Of a stretch of 64,000 nucleotides of DNA, positions 1-12,305 are shown in pieces. Origin of the DNA: Vitrella brassicaformis CCMP3155 (taxonomy: Eukaryota; Protista; Chromerida); NCBI GenBank assembly GCA_001179505.1, contig CDMY01000376.1, positions 186,001 to 250,000 of the forward strand, read 5' to 3'. The position numbers were made by a program, and so were the translations under genes. A model generated the notes under the pieces. The model saw only the letters and a program-made list of their open reading frames with translations. It made no database searches and was not told the DNA's origin. Within the stretch, counting starts at the first letter, position 1, and every line of letters starts with the position of its first letter.

Positions 1-25
1 TGGCGGCAACCTGAGCGTCAACTAC

Positions 26-1590
26 ATGCAGGGCGGCAGGCCCTTCAGCTACACACAGCCGCCCACGGCTCAGTGGCCGGCGGCTCCCCAGTTCCCCGGC
101 TCGTCCAGCGCAGCTGTGGCGGGCCGCATCCGTTCGAGCGAGACTGAGGAGAGCAATAGTTCCAGCAGCGACCACCCCATGGGTGGTGCCATCGCACGGT
201 CGCGCCACCCTGCCGCCGCCGCCGCACACATGACCAGGGCGCCCCTCATGCCCATCATGGAGGGCGGGTCGAGCTCATCGGCAGCAGCAGCAGCGGCTGC
301 AGCTGCAGCTGGCAGTGACGATGCCGGCCCGTCGCGGCATGACCTGCGGCCGCGGTCAGCCCGCAACCGCAAGCGCAGTCGTCCGGGTCGTTTGTATGAG
401 GACGAGGGGGAAGGGGAGGCTGAGGGTGGTGAGGAGATGGGCGATGACGATCCTGAAGATGAGGACGCCGACGAGGATGAGGAGGACGAGATGGATGAGG
501 ACGAGGAGGACGACGAGGAGGATGACGATAGCGGCCCGTCGTACTCGTGTGGCCGTGGCGGCGGCCGTGGGCGCCGCGCCAACGGCCTCGGCCAGGTGGG
601 GCCGGCGTTGGTCAAGGAGGAGTTCGACAGCGACGACGAGAACGAGCGCAAGATGGCGGGCAAGTACGGGCTCAAGTACCCCAAGGTGACGACGCCCCTG
701 GCCGTCATGAACGACATCTCAAACATTGACGAGACGCTCCTCAAGCGGGTGCCCGACTACTACGAGGGCATCAGCTTCGGCCTGGGCGAGGGCGGGCGGG
801 AGCTGCTCAGGAAATACATCAAAATGACTGGGTGAGTGGATAGGATCCGATCCAACACACCACACATCCATCCATCCATCCACGGTCATCTCATCTCTCT
901 GTTGGTGTGGTGTCTGGTCTGGTCTGGTCTGGTCTGGTGTGTGCTTATCTATCTGATAGGTACAAGGGTCGTGCGCTGCACAGCACGTCGATCCCCGAGC
1001 TGCTGGCGCTGGCGCGCAAGGTCAACATCTGGAACGTGGCCATCCGCATCCACCTCGAGTACAAGGCCTTCATCCCCCTCTCCAAGTGCCACTTCGACAT
1101 GCGCCAGTACAAGGCGTCTCTCGCCGAGCGCAGGCGCGAGAAGAACCGCACCAAGGCGCCCCTGGCGCTGGTGACCAACCAGGCGGGCCGGCCGACCATA
1201 GCCTACCAAGAGGGCATCCAGCTGCCTTTGGGAGGGGAGGGGCGGAAGCAGCTCCTGGCCAAGCTCAGACAGCGACACGACATGGACCGGGAAACCATGG
1301 ACGAAAAACTCGCAAAGTGAGTGAGGGGCTGAGGGGAGGGGAGGGGCGTCACAACAACACGCATTCACACATGCATCTCTCCCTCTCTCTCTCTCTCTCT
1401 CTGTTTGTGTGTTAGGTATGGTTTGCGGTATTCGGCGATGCGCGACGCGACAGTGGCGATGCTGCTGAAGATGGCGTGGGCGGTGGGCCTGTGGGACGAG
1501 GCCGTATCCCTGCACCTGCTCAACCAGAGCAAGAAGGGCGAGTCGCGCAAGAACGCCAAGACCAACTACCACAGACGATCTTCCGGATGA
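26..1590 (+). CDS. Hypothetical, probably nuclear protein: acidic/low-complexity N-terminus plus two copies of an unidentified ~60-aa domain; exons 26-831, 960-1316, 1416-1590; 5' end may lie before the window
   Basis: GT-AG introns 832-959 and 1317-1415 join three ORF-track segments in frame. The frame is open from base 2. Contains a D/E tract, a basic patch RPRSARNRKRSRPGR, and strong GC3 bias. Confidence 0.8.
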
Positions 1591-1653
1591 TCAACCAATC
1601 GGGTCATAGAAAGACACTGGACGACACGTACAGCTGTGGGGAGAGGGGAGGGG

Positions 1654-1953
1654 NNNNNNNNNNNNNNNNNNNNNNNNNNNNNNNNNNNNNNNNNNNNNNN
1701 NNNNNNNNNNNNNNNNNNNNNNNNNNNNNNNNNNNNNNNNNNNNNNNNNNNNNNNNNNNNNNNNNNNNNNNNNNNNNNNNNNNNNNNNNNNNNNNNNNNN
1801 NNNNNNNNNNNNNNNNNNNNNNNNNNNNNNNNNNNNNNNNNNNNNNNNNNNNNNNNNNNNNNNNNNNNNNNNNNNNNNNNNNNNNNNNNNNNNNNNNNNN
1901 NNNNNNNNNNNNNNNNNNNNNNNNNNNNNNNNNNNNNNNNNNNNNNNNNNNNN
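1654..1953. other. Assembly gap (300 N)
   Basis: Run of exactly 300 N after a G-rich tract. Confidence 0.99.
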
Positions 1954-2807
1954 GGCAGTTGGTGGTGCAGTGAGCGACGTACGCAGATTCATGGCGTGGA
2001 TGGATCCATCCATCCATGTGTCGCTGTGTGCGTGTTTGTGAGTGGATTGGTTAAGAGGGAGGGAGGCTGATTTTTCGATGGGGTTGCGGGTGGGTGGTGC
2101 AGTGGGGCCAGGGAGGGAGGGAGGGAGGCAAGGGAGGGTAGTGAGGGGGCGATCCGATCGACACACACATCTTGTACATGACCACCGACCATATCGCGTG
2201 TATACTGACTGAGTGAATGAGTGAGTGACCGCCCGCTCGCCCGCCCGCCTGACTGACTGACTGACTGCTATGTGATTTCCTTTCGTTCCTTTTTCAAAAC
2301 GGCCGTTGGTGTGTGTGTGTGTGTGTGTATGTATGTGTGAAGTTTGAAGGGCTATGGTGTGATGTACAACACAGGAATCGCCCTCGTCCTCTCACGTGCA
2401 CCTGTACGCCTCCAGAGAGAGAGAGAGAGAGAGAGTTGATTCGCCAGCAGTGAGTGAGGGCTGTAGAGAGCCGTTGATTCTACTACTGCCACACACACAC
2501 ACACTTACACACACACACTGAGTGCTCTCATGTATTGTGTAATTACACACGACGAACATGACTCCTGAGTGACGTATGGACGTACGGACAATCACTCCTT
2601 TCAATGAACGAACGGTCTCTGTATATCAAATGTGCTGACACGGCAACAGCACACATCTCTGCTGCCACATCAAACAGACCTGCCCTCATAGCTAAACCAA
2701 CTCACTCACTCACAGACAAAAACCTCTCGCCGACCCCGATACGAGAAACCACACCACACCCACTAGAAAGCCCTCGACCGACCAAAAAACCCCGCCTAGC
2801 CGCCCTC

Positions 2808-3410
2808 TCACTTGGCTACTGCACTCCTCTCCTGTGTGTGCTGTACTGGCCACACGACCCACCCCACACAGCCGTACTTGTGCTCGAACTTGGCCTCCCA
2901 CTCGTCCAGTATTTCCTTCTCAAACAGGTTCAGATCCCCCCAGTCCTGGCGGTTCATCTCGCTCTCCTCAAACGACATTCTCGCGAGGGCGCGCGAGGCG
3001 TCCTTGCCGGCGAAGCAGTGGTACGGCCCGCCCTGGCCGTACATATCTCTCCCACTCCTGGTGCTGCTCATGTCATACACCTGATCGGTGGATGGAAAAT
3101 GGCGCACACACAGGACACAATGAGATGAGTGGCGTCATCAGAGATGCTCTGCGCGTACCTTTCCTCTGACGGCCACATACACAGGAGCGCCATCAGCGCC
3201 TCGAAATGCTGCCAGTTCTTCGAGCGTGAAGCCTCGTGGGCATGGATCTGGCTTGGGAGGCGGCACGTAGGTCTCCTCTTCCTCCCGCTTTCGTGGCCAT
3301 AAGAGGTAGGTCATGAAGGCCGCCGCCGTGACGCCAACACCGAGCGCCACCCATGGCCACCGGATCAGATCTTTGACGCTCTGCAGCCTCTCGCGAAGCG
3401 TCGCTACCAT
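2808..3410 (-). CDS. MAPR-family (PGRMC/Dap1-like) cytochrome b5-like heme/steroid-binding membrane protein; exons 3410-3159 and 3080-2808
   Basis: N-terminal TM ([21 protein letters not shown]), then [19 protein letters not shown]|VYDMS and [16 protein letters not shown] (heme-ligating Tyr of the MAPR family), ending [11 protein letters not shown]. Phase-0 GT-AG intron 3158-3081. Confidence 0.92.
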
Positions 3411-3475
3411 TGCGTATGTGGGTTTCACGGAAAGTGTGGCACTAACTCACATACGCATCATACACCCATGGGTAA

Positions 3476-3694
3476 GGAAGCGGCCGGTCAGAGAGATGTA
3501 CGCGGGAATGTGCAGAAGAGAAGGGCAAGGGTGGGAAGGACAAGACTGGGTGTGGCGTCATGTTCAACTACAACACGGCCACCCCGGCCCGCAAGGCGAC
3601 CCTGGAGGCCTACTGTTGCGCCCGAGGCCGGCCCCTCAACGGCCGGGGCGGCTGGCTGGACCAGCCCGGCACCAGTGCGGCCCTCGGCATCTAG
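3476..3694 (+). other. Orphan coding-like fragment (..CTRECAEEKGKGGKDKTGCGVMFNYNTATPARKATLEAYCCARGRPLNGRGGWLDQPGTSAALGI*); small ORF from ATG 3560 or a gene remnant
   Basis: Stop-free frame not listed in the ORF track, with host-like GC3 codon usage and an acceptor-like TGCAG at 3511-3515. No upstream exon identified. Confidence 0.3.
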
Positions 3695-4174
3695 AGCCCC
3701 TACGCGCAGTGACCGATAACAAACGGCAACACCCAACCCCCCGTCCCTCTCCTTCCCCATCCCGACTGCCCTGATGGCCAGATCATCCATCCTGACCGCC
3801 CAGTGACCCAGCAAGCGGTGTGCAGCAAGACGCCATGCGTCGAAAGCATGCCAGTGCAGTCAACACACTGGGGGTGGGTGCATGACTGGCTGGTGCATGT
3901 TACCCACACTAGCTTTGTGGGAGCCAGTCTTGTTAGCCACATACAGTGCATCTGTAGGACAATTTGTCCATGTTACATACATATTTATCTATGAGGGAGC
4001 GATGAATTAGGTTCGTGGAGTGCTATATGCCACCACTCACGCAGCCACGACACTCACGTGCACTCTGTGGCTGCGTGCAACCTCAGGGTTTGGGCTTCAG
4101 GGTTGCAACCCTAAAGCCCAAACCTGAGGTGTTGCGAAGGCCCAAACTTTTCCCCCGGTTCGAGCACGACAAAG

Positions 4175-4927
4175 ATGCGGCGCGCCATTGGAGCTCCCGA
4201 GCTTCCTCCGTCGTTATGCCGCCCTGCGCGAGCCCCGCTCCGGCAGCCCTTCCCACGCGCATTCGCCACGACAGCAATGCCGACTCCCTCTACCTCACCA
4301 TCTCCCTCGCCCTTCCTGCCCACCCGCATCGTCGCTCCCATCGACCGCTCCAGCGAGATCTTCCAGGCCAACCTTGCTAAGATGACGTCCATCTGCGAGC
4401 AACACAGGGCGCTGGTCTCGCAGATCGCCTTTGGCGGAGGCGAGACGGCGCGGAAGCGGCACACGTCGAGGAAGAAGATGCTCTGCAGAGACCGCATCGA
4501 CGCTTTGGTGGACCCTGGGGCGCCGTTCCTGGAGCTGTCGCAGCTGGCTGGGCATGATCTGTATGAGGACATTGTGCCGTGCGGCGGCATCGTGACGGGC
4601 ATCGGGCCCATCGGCGGGCGGCTGTCGGTGATTGTGGCCAACGACGCGACGGTCAAGGGCGGGACGTACTACCCCGTCACGGTCAAGAAACACCTGAGGG
4701 CGCAGGAGATCGCCATGCAGAACTACCTGCCGTGCGTGTACCTGGTTGACTCGGGAGGGGCCAACCTGCCCAGACAGGCTGACGTCTTTCCTGATCGGTA
4801 TCACTTCGGCCGCATCTTCTACAACCAAGCCAACATGTCCGCAATCGGTCGGTCTGTCACCTGCCAGGCGCACACCCCTCACAACACAACACACCATTCA
4901 TCCCATCCACCTACATGACTCTGCTTG

Positions 4928-4966
<39 letters not shown>

Positions 4967-6323
4967 TGTGTGTTTCTTTCGCCAGGGATCCCGCAGATAG
5001 CGGTGGTGATGGGTTCCTGCACTGCCGGTGGCGCCTATGTGCCGGCCATGTCCGACGAGTCCGTCATCGTCAAGGGCAACGGCACCATTTTCCTTGGCGG
5101 ACCGCCACTCGTCAAAGCCGGTACAGAAACACAGATGCGTCCACACCAATCAATACAGATGCCGGTCCGATGACATTCGGTGCGGTGCGGGCTGTGTGTC
5201 CGTTTGTTCGTTCAGCGACTGGTGAGGTGGTGACAGCCGAGCAGCTGGGTGGTGCGGACCTCCACTGCCGCCTCTCCGGGGTGGCCGACCACTACGCACT
5301 CGACGAACATCACGCCATCCACCTCGCTAGACAAATCGTCAGCCACCTGCCCCCTGTCGGCGGTGCCGCCCCGCCACCGGACCTCGAGCCATCAGAGGAG
5401 CCATGGGAGGACCCTGACGACCTTATGGGGCTCGCCCCTACCGACCTGAGGCGGCCCTTCGATGTGCGGCCGGTGCTGTCGCGGCTGCTGGACGGCTCCC
5501 GGCTTGCGGAGTTCAAAGCGAGATACGGCACGACGCTCGTCACTGGGTTTGGGCACCTGTACGGTGTGCCTGTGGGTGTGCTGGCCAACAATGGCGTGCT
5601 CTTCAGCGAGGCCGCACTCAAGGGGGCCCACTTCATCGAGCTGTGCGCCAAGAGGCAGATACCCATCCTCTTCATCCAGGCAAGCCACTTGTTGACGGAT
5701 GGATGGCCCAGCCCGATAATGGAATGAATGTGTGTGTGTGTGTTCTGCGTGTGTGCAGAATATCACTGGCTTCATGGTAGGCCATGCGGCCGAGAAGGGC
5801 GGCATCGCCAAGAACGGCGCCAAGCTCGTGACGGCCGTCTCAACAGCCAACGTGCCCAAGCTGACATTGGTGGTGGGGGCGAGCTACGGTGCCGGCAACT
5901 ACGGGATGTGCGGCCGTGCATACGACCCCCGCTTCCTGTTCATGTGGCCCAACAGCCGCATCGCCGTCATGGGCGGCGAGCAGGCCGCCGGTGTCATGCT
6001 CGAGATCGAAAAGGCCGCCAGGAAGAAGGACAAGGGCGAGTGGAGCTCAGAGGAGGAGCAGAAGAAGAGGGAGGCTCTGCTGGACAAGTACGAGAGCGAG
6101 AGCCACCCCTACTACTCGTCTGCAAGGCTGTGGGATGACGGCGTGGTGAGAAGCACACAGGGTGGACATATGAGTGTGGGTCTGTCTCCCTGTCCGTCCG
6201 TCTGTGTGTGTGTGGTTCATTCAGGTGTTGCCGACGGATTCCCGTCAGGTGTTGGGGTTGGCGCTTCATGCGGCCATCAACAACCCAGGGGGACACACAA
6301 ACTTTGGGGTGTTCAGGATGTGA
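4175..6323 (+). CDS. MCCC2: Methylcrotonoyl-CoA carboxylase beta (carboxyltransferase) subunit, mitochondrial; exons 4175-4847, 4986-5120, 5216-5679, 5759-6145, 6225-6323
   Basis: Motifs [85 protein letters not shown] and C-terminal FGVFRM. R/A/P/S-rich presequence. Confidence 0.97.
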
Positions 6324-6734
6324 TGCACGAAAGCGGGTGTTGAGCGAGAGACCGTACTGTGGGCCATTTTCTGTCGTGCTAGTAGGGGGGCCGTGCGTGT
6401 CAGGTGTAATTCGATGTGGGTCGAGGCCTCTCTGTCGGTTCTCCGTCTTTTTGTCTGCTGCGTATGCCTCCGATGAGCCGCGTCGATTGGCAACGGTCAG
6501 CTGGGCTTGGCTGACAGTGCCAATCATACGCCATCATGGGAGGCACGTGCAGCAGATGACACGAAAGACCTGCAGCACTCGATAAATAAAGTGCACACAA
6601 GTTAGCTGTCTTCGACACCGACAGACACGTACACCAACACGCAACAGACGTAGAAAAACAGCAGTGGAGACAACGCTGAGCGGTACCCCGAAAACACCAA
6701 ACTACTTCCTCCCACTACGCCACACAACATCCCG

Positions 6735-9700
6735 TCACAGCTTTGCCCCGCCCCTGGTTTTCGCCAGGTGGTCTCTCAGCTCCATCCTCGCAATGGTCCT
6801 CAGATGCACCTCATCGGGCCCGTCGGCGAGTCGAATGGTGCGTGCCTGGGCCCACATGTACGCCAGCGGCGTTGTGTCCGACACACCAGCCGCACCAAAC
6901 AGCTGGATGCAATCGTCAATCACCTGCGAAGGGGCAAAAAGGCGTATGTACGTGTGTGAGGCTGTGTGCGTTGTTGACCTTGGTGGCGGCTTGCGGCGTG
7001 GCGACTTTTGCCATAGCGAGGGCCTTGAAGAGAGGTCGCTTTGACGGCAGTTTCCCTGCGGCCGCCTCGTCCAGAAGGTGGGCCGCAGAGTAACACAGAC
7101 ACCGAGCCTGATGGATGGATGGATGGATCAACCGACAGACATATATACCCACAGTGCGCGGCCCACTGACCTGCTCGATGAGTATTCTTGAGTGTGCGAG
7201 TGTGGCCTGCACGGAGCTCTGCTCGGCCAGGGGACGGCCGAAGGGTCGTCTCTCTACCACACGCTGAACACAGCACACCACACCACACCACACCACACAT
7301 ACACGCATGCAGTTGCAGCCAGTGGTGGCCTCTCTCTCTCACAGACACACCTGTTTGGTGACAGCGATGGCCCGCTCCGCAGCGCCGAGCAGCCTCAGGC
7401 AGTGGTGCAGCCTCCCGCCACCCAACCGGCCCTGGATGATCTGGAACCCACGGCCAACCCCACCCACCACACTCTCATCTATCGGCACCTGCACGTTCTC
7501 GAAACGCATCTCGGCATGACCTACACACACAACAAAAGGGAGGCAACACACACGGGCCAGGTTGCTTCTTCTTGTGTGTGTGTGTGTGTGTGTGTCCCCG
7601 TCCCTCCCTCCCTCCGTCCCCGTCCCTCCCTCCCTCCCTCCCCACTGACCATGAGGGGCGTCGTCATATCCGAAGACGGTGTGGGGTCTGAGCACTTTCA
7701 CCCCTGGTGTGTCCATGGGCACTAGCACCACTGTGTGTGAGGCGTGGGGGTCGACCTTGGCTGATTTTGCTGCTGGTGCGGCTGGTGTGCTTTGGTGTCG
7801 GCCCAGGACGATAGCGACCTTGCAGCGGGGGTCGGATGCGCCACTGATGTACCACTTGTGGCCGGTCACTGACACTGTGCGGCCATCATCCTGACAGACA
7901 CAACAGACGTGACACACACTATGATACGGTGGGCTGTCTGTCTGTCTGTCTGCTTACATTGGTGGCGATCTGTGTATGTATGTTGGTTGCATCCGATGAG
8001 GCCGTGTGGGGCTCAGTCATCGCAAAGCAGGACCTATGTGAGCATATGGGGTAACTAACACATTCATCCCTATATGTGTTGCCTTGCCGCGTTTCTGACC
8101 TGATCTGCCCTCTTGCCAGTGGTCTGAGCCACTTGTCCTTTTGCTGTGCGGATCCGAACTTGAGCAGCACCTCCATGTTGCCCGTGTCGGGCGCCGAGCA
8201 GTTGAACACCTCTGGCGCAAACGCACACCAGCCCGTCAGCTGCAGTGTGTGCAGCGAGTGGCAACATGCATACAGACATCCACACGGGCCAGCCAGACGC
8301 CTTGCGTTTTGTCTGTCTGTCTGTCTCTTTGTGTATCTATCACCTCACCTCGCACACGGGAGCATACTCGAGGTGTGTGAGGGCAGCACCGCCCCAGGAG
8401 CCCTGCGTGTGAGGTGGACGAATGAATGGGAGCAAGGTGCATTCACAATCAAACATGGTGCGTTTGTGAGTGAGTGTGTCTCACAGATGGGTCCATGTCC
8501 TTGGTCAGGAAGAAATTGAAGAGGTCTGAAAGACAGACACGAAGAGAGGGAGGCACGCAGGCAGGCAGAGGGGCAATGCCGAGAGCGATATCGCTTCGCC
8601 GGTGTTTATCTTTCTACTTACCCTGGTGGAGTGCATCCTTCTTGAGCTCTTCCATGAGGGGATGCACCTCACGCCACCGCCTCTCAGACGTCATGTGCTC
8701 ATACAGCACACCCCTGCACCCGCCAGACCCATCACATCGACACAGCATATGCCACCTCCTCCCCTATATTCTTGTATATCGCCTGCCTGCCTGCCTGCCT
8801 GTCTCCCTACTAACTCTGCAGGCAAGATGCGTTGAGCGATGAAGGTCCTGACTGCGGCGTGCAGCCGCCTGACCCTCTCACCCCATGGTCGCCCCATCAG
8901 CGATGGCAGCTCCACCGACGTGAGAGAGCTGGTGGGGGTGGGGTACGATATGGGCGCCAGGCCGTCACTCGCTGCTAATGTGTCAGCGGCGTGTGGCTCT
9001 CCTTGTTGTCCCAGGAGCTGCGATGCGGTGCTGGAGAGGCCTTCGACGATTTCCTGGACGCACCGAGCACGAAGGAGGAGGACAATCATCCGTCCATCGT
9101 CGCCCTGGGTTGTGTTGTTTTTGTTATGTATCGGCTGTCTGTTTGTCTGTTTGACCTTCATGCGTTCAGGTCCTATCCTCACAGCGACGTCCGAAGAGGC
9201 GTTGCCCAGCACCGTCCGCTTACGAATGCCTGCAGGGCATGGCATGCATTGCCCGCCACCCACACACACCCACACCCACACAATCGTCGGTGGTCGTCTG
9301 GCCTGGCTGTGCTATGCAATACGAATGTGCGTCATATCTTTTCTCTCTCTCTGCGGTACTGACCCTGCACGACGGCCGCGACTTTGAATAGGGCGAATGC
9401 CTTGTACAGACTCCACACAGACGACGGGAACGCTGGCACACCTGCACAGAATAGTGGCAGAAAGACGTGAATATGGCCGGTTGGCTGGCCTTGGTGTCCG
9501 CTGACCTCTCTGTTGGCAGTAAATGGCCCGCATGTCATCCTCGGAAGGAATTCCTGCAGCCAGGCAGGCAGGCAGGCAGACAACATCCATGTCTGCGTCC
9601 CCTCTGTCTGTCTGTCTGTCTGACCCCCACCTGTTTGCCGCAGTGCGTCTCCCCTGGCCCTCAGCGGTGGGATGAACGCGTCGAGTACGTCCAGTGGTGG

Positions 9701-12180
9701 GAGGTAGTAGGCCAGGCACAGCTGGGCGAGGTCGGCCAGGGGGTCGCCGATGGTGCACAGCTCCCAGTCCAACACTGCCACACACTGATGGACAGACAAA
9801 GACACACACATACTTGTGGGACGTGTGTGTGTGTGTGCTGTACCGTACCCACCTTGAGTGTGTGTGGGTGGAGGATGAGATTGTCCAAACGGTAGTCGCC
9901 ATGAACTGAATGCCCAATAAATACAGAGAGGTCGACGAGTTAGTTACATCCGTCCGTTTGCGCTTGTGCGTGTACCTACCTACCGAGTCGCCCCGACTCG
10001 ACAGCGCTTTCTGATCACACCACCGACAAACAAGGCCTTTCGTTACACGGCTCCGGGGCCCACATCCATCCATACTGACCGTCAAGGTTTTGCACGCGCG
10101 TCTTGAGAAGGCCGATAAGGCGTGTCAACTCTGGCAGTGTCTCGTTGTCCAGCTGTGAGCTCTCAACCTGACGAACCCACCGAGCCACCTGTCTGTGGAA
10201 AGAAATATCCCACACAGACGGCACAGATTAAGTGAAGTCGTGCACTGCAGTGCATCGTCCAAGGCGTTTGCACCGACCGACCTTTGCAGGTAGTGCTGTG
10301 GCTTCCCGAGGTCGGTGAGCCCAGCGGCCTTTAGGTCCACATCGTGGATGGCCGCCAGCGCACGGACGCTCTCTATGTAGACGTGGCGGCGCTGACACGC
10401 CGACAGCCCGGGCAAGTTGGGGTCCGATTGCACTCTGCCCTCCACATACCTACACACACACAGTCACACACACAACATTTATGTGTTTGGTTGTGTCTGT
10501 TCTGTCCCGACCTCATGATATAGAAGGCTGTTCCCGCGACGCTGTCGTCCTGGCAGAGTGCGAGCGGCTCAGCCACAGGCACACTGGCCCCGCTGGCAGG
10601 CGAGCTGAGGGCCCGCAACACTCGATACTCACGCTCTACATCGTGCGCACTGCATCCGTGGCACACAACCATCCATCCCATCAGTTTGTGGCCTCTGTGT
10701 GTGTCCCCACCCACCCACACAGACCTTCGCAGCAGAGGTCCCGGTGGTCGCCTGCGCAGCACCATGTGCAGAGGGGGAGTGTTGTTGCCGTGAGTCATGC
10801 GGCGCAGTACATATGTGATGAGGTATGTGGGGTTGGACTGCCCGTGGGGGAACTGGTGCACCAACACGCCTACGTACGTGCACACGCAGTACAGCACAGC
10901 ACATCCACAGCAACACGAATGCGGTGCATCACCGAATGAATGAATGAATCAGTGTCCTCCACTCCTTCCCCAGCAGCTGAGGTGACCTTCTGCGCTTTTG
11001 ACGGAAGGGTCGTGTGGCAGCTCCTTCTTGAGGAAGGCCAGCAGCCGGTCGGCGGGCACCTCCAGCCCCTTCCGTGGGTTGACCACTCGCGGAAGGGTGG
11101 GCATGCTGGCGCCGTTTGGCAAGAAGGAGAAGGCCTCCTGCAGTATGCCGAAAGCTTCCGTGGGGCCGCCACGGACCTGAGACGACAGACAGACAGACAG
11201 ACACATGATGCATGGCATGACTATCTGCCATGCCAGCATACATAAAATGGTGTGTGTGTCTTGCCTTGCTCACACACGCACCTCACCTGTTTGCACGTGA
11301 TTCCCAGCGATTCAGCCGCAGGCAAGTTGCCTGCACAGACAGACAGGAGAGAAGAAAACAGCTATCTATCTATTCATCCAAGCATCATCTTCCAACATCC
11401 GCACGAACCGGGCAGGTCATCCAGGAACAGACACGCCTCCAGAAACCTCCGCCTCATGGGTCCCTCCTCCGGCACACCCAGCCGCCTCAGCGCCACCTCA
11501 AAGACTCCACACCCCTCGCCCCTGCCCTTGCGCATCCCCTCCACAGCCGACTCCACCACCACATCGAACAGAGGACGGATGGACCAGGGAAAGGCGCTCT
11601 TGCTGCTGCGTGAGGTCAACAGGAAGTTGTTGGTGACAGCCCCTAGCAGGACACCGCGAGCACGGAGGTGCGCTAGAAGGAGCACTAGCTGAGGATCTGG
11701 GGAGGGGGAGCCAAAACGAGGCAACAAGACGATGGTGCTATGGCCGGTGTGTGGTTGTGTGTCTGTCTGAGTGTGTCACCTACCTGGTTGCAGGGAGATG
11801 AGCCTTCTGAACAGCGGCTGGAGGTCGATGTTGTGCTGCTGTCGGACCTTGGCCAGAAAGTCTTCCAGAGTGATGTTGCCGCTCTCAAGCTCATGCCACA
11901 GATCTGACATCCATGGACACGAGGACACACAAGACACCACACCCACCCACCCACAGAGGAACGAAGCATTGCAGATCTGCCTCAGAGCATCGTCGATTCA
12001 TTGGATCTATGCAAATCAGATCCGTGTGTGTCGGGATGTTCATTCACCGCTTTCTTTGAGCAGCCTTTGCAGCCGATTCTCTCCCAGCCCGTTGGCCTTC
12101 TCGAACTCGCGGAAGATGCCGAAAGGAGAGGGGCATACCACACCGCCGATATCAAGCAACACACAGCCATAACGCGTCAT
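6735..12180 (-). CDS. ACAD10: ACAD10-like tri-domain protein: HAD phosphatase + APH-type phosphotransferase + acyl-CoA dehydrogenase, with C-terminal PTS1 (-AKL); many exons
   Basis: HAD: [14 protein letters not shown] (ATG 12180), GAVTNNF, FDVVVES, FLDDL. APH: [54 protein letters not shown]: [51 protein letters not shown]. Ends GGAKL*. Confidence 0.92.
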
Positions 12181-12305
12181 GCTTCACCGTCTGAGCCTCT
12201 CAAATCGTCACCAAACGCAGGAACAGATCTCCCTGGGGTAGCGGAGTAGAGGCCTGGGGTCCCAGAACGATGCGAGCTTAGCAGTGCAGATCCCATTCCC
12301 CGACA
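12181..12305. promoter_or_regulatory. Putative bidirectional promoter (ACAD10-like / iGluR-like), 125 bp
   Basis: Divergent ATGs at 12180 and 12306; contains GGAACAGATCT (12220-12230) and GCGAGCTT (12272-12279). Confidence 0.6.

Noticed and set aside
1476-2166. ORFs running through N gaps (also near 25570-26424, 28505-29421, 34502-35822, 60193-61024)
   Set aside because: Their length is an artefact of Ns not encoding stops.
4175-12180. MCCB next to ACAD10-like as a possible acyl-CoA catabolic cluster
   Set aside because: They are tail-to-tail, use different promoters and have different predicted compartments (mitochondrion vs peroxisome); likely coincidence.
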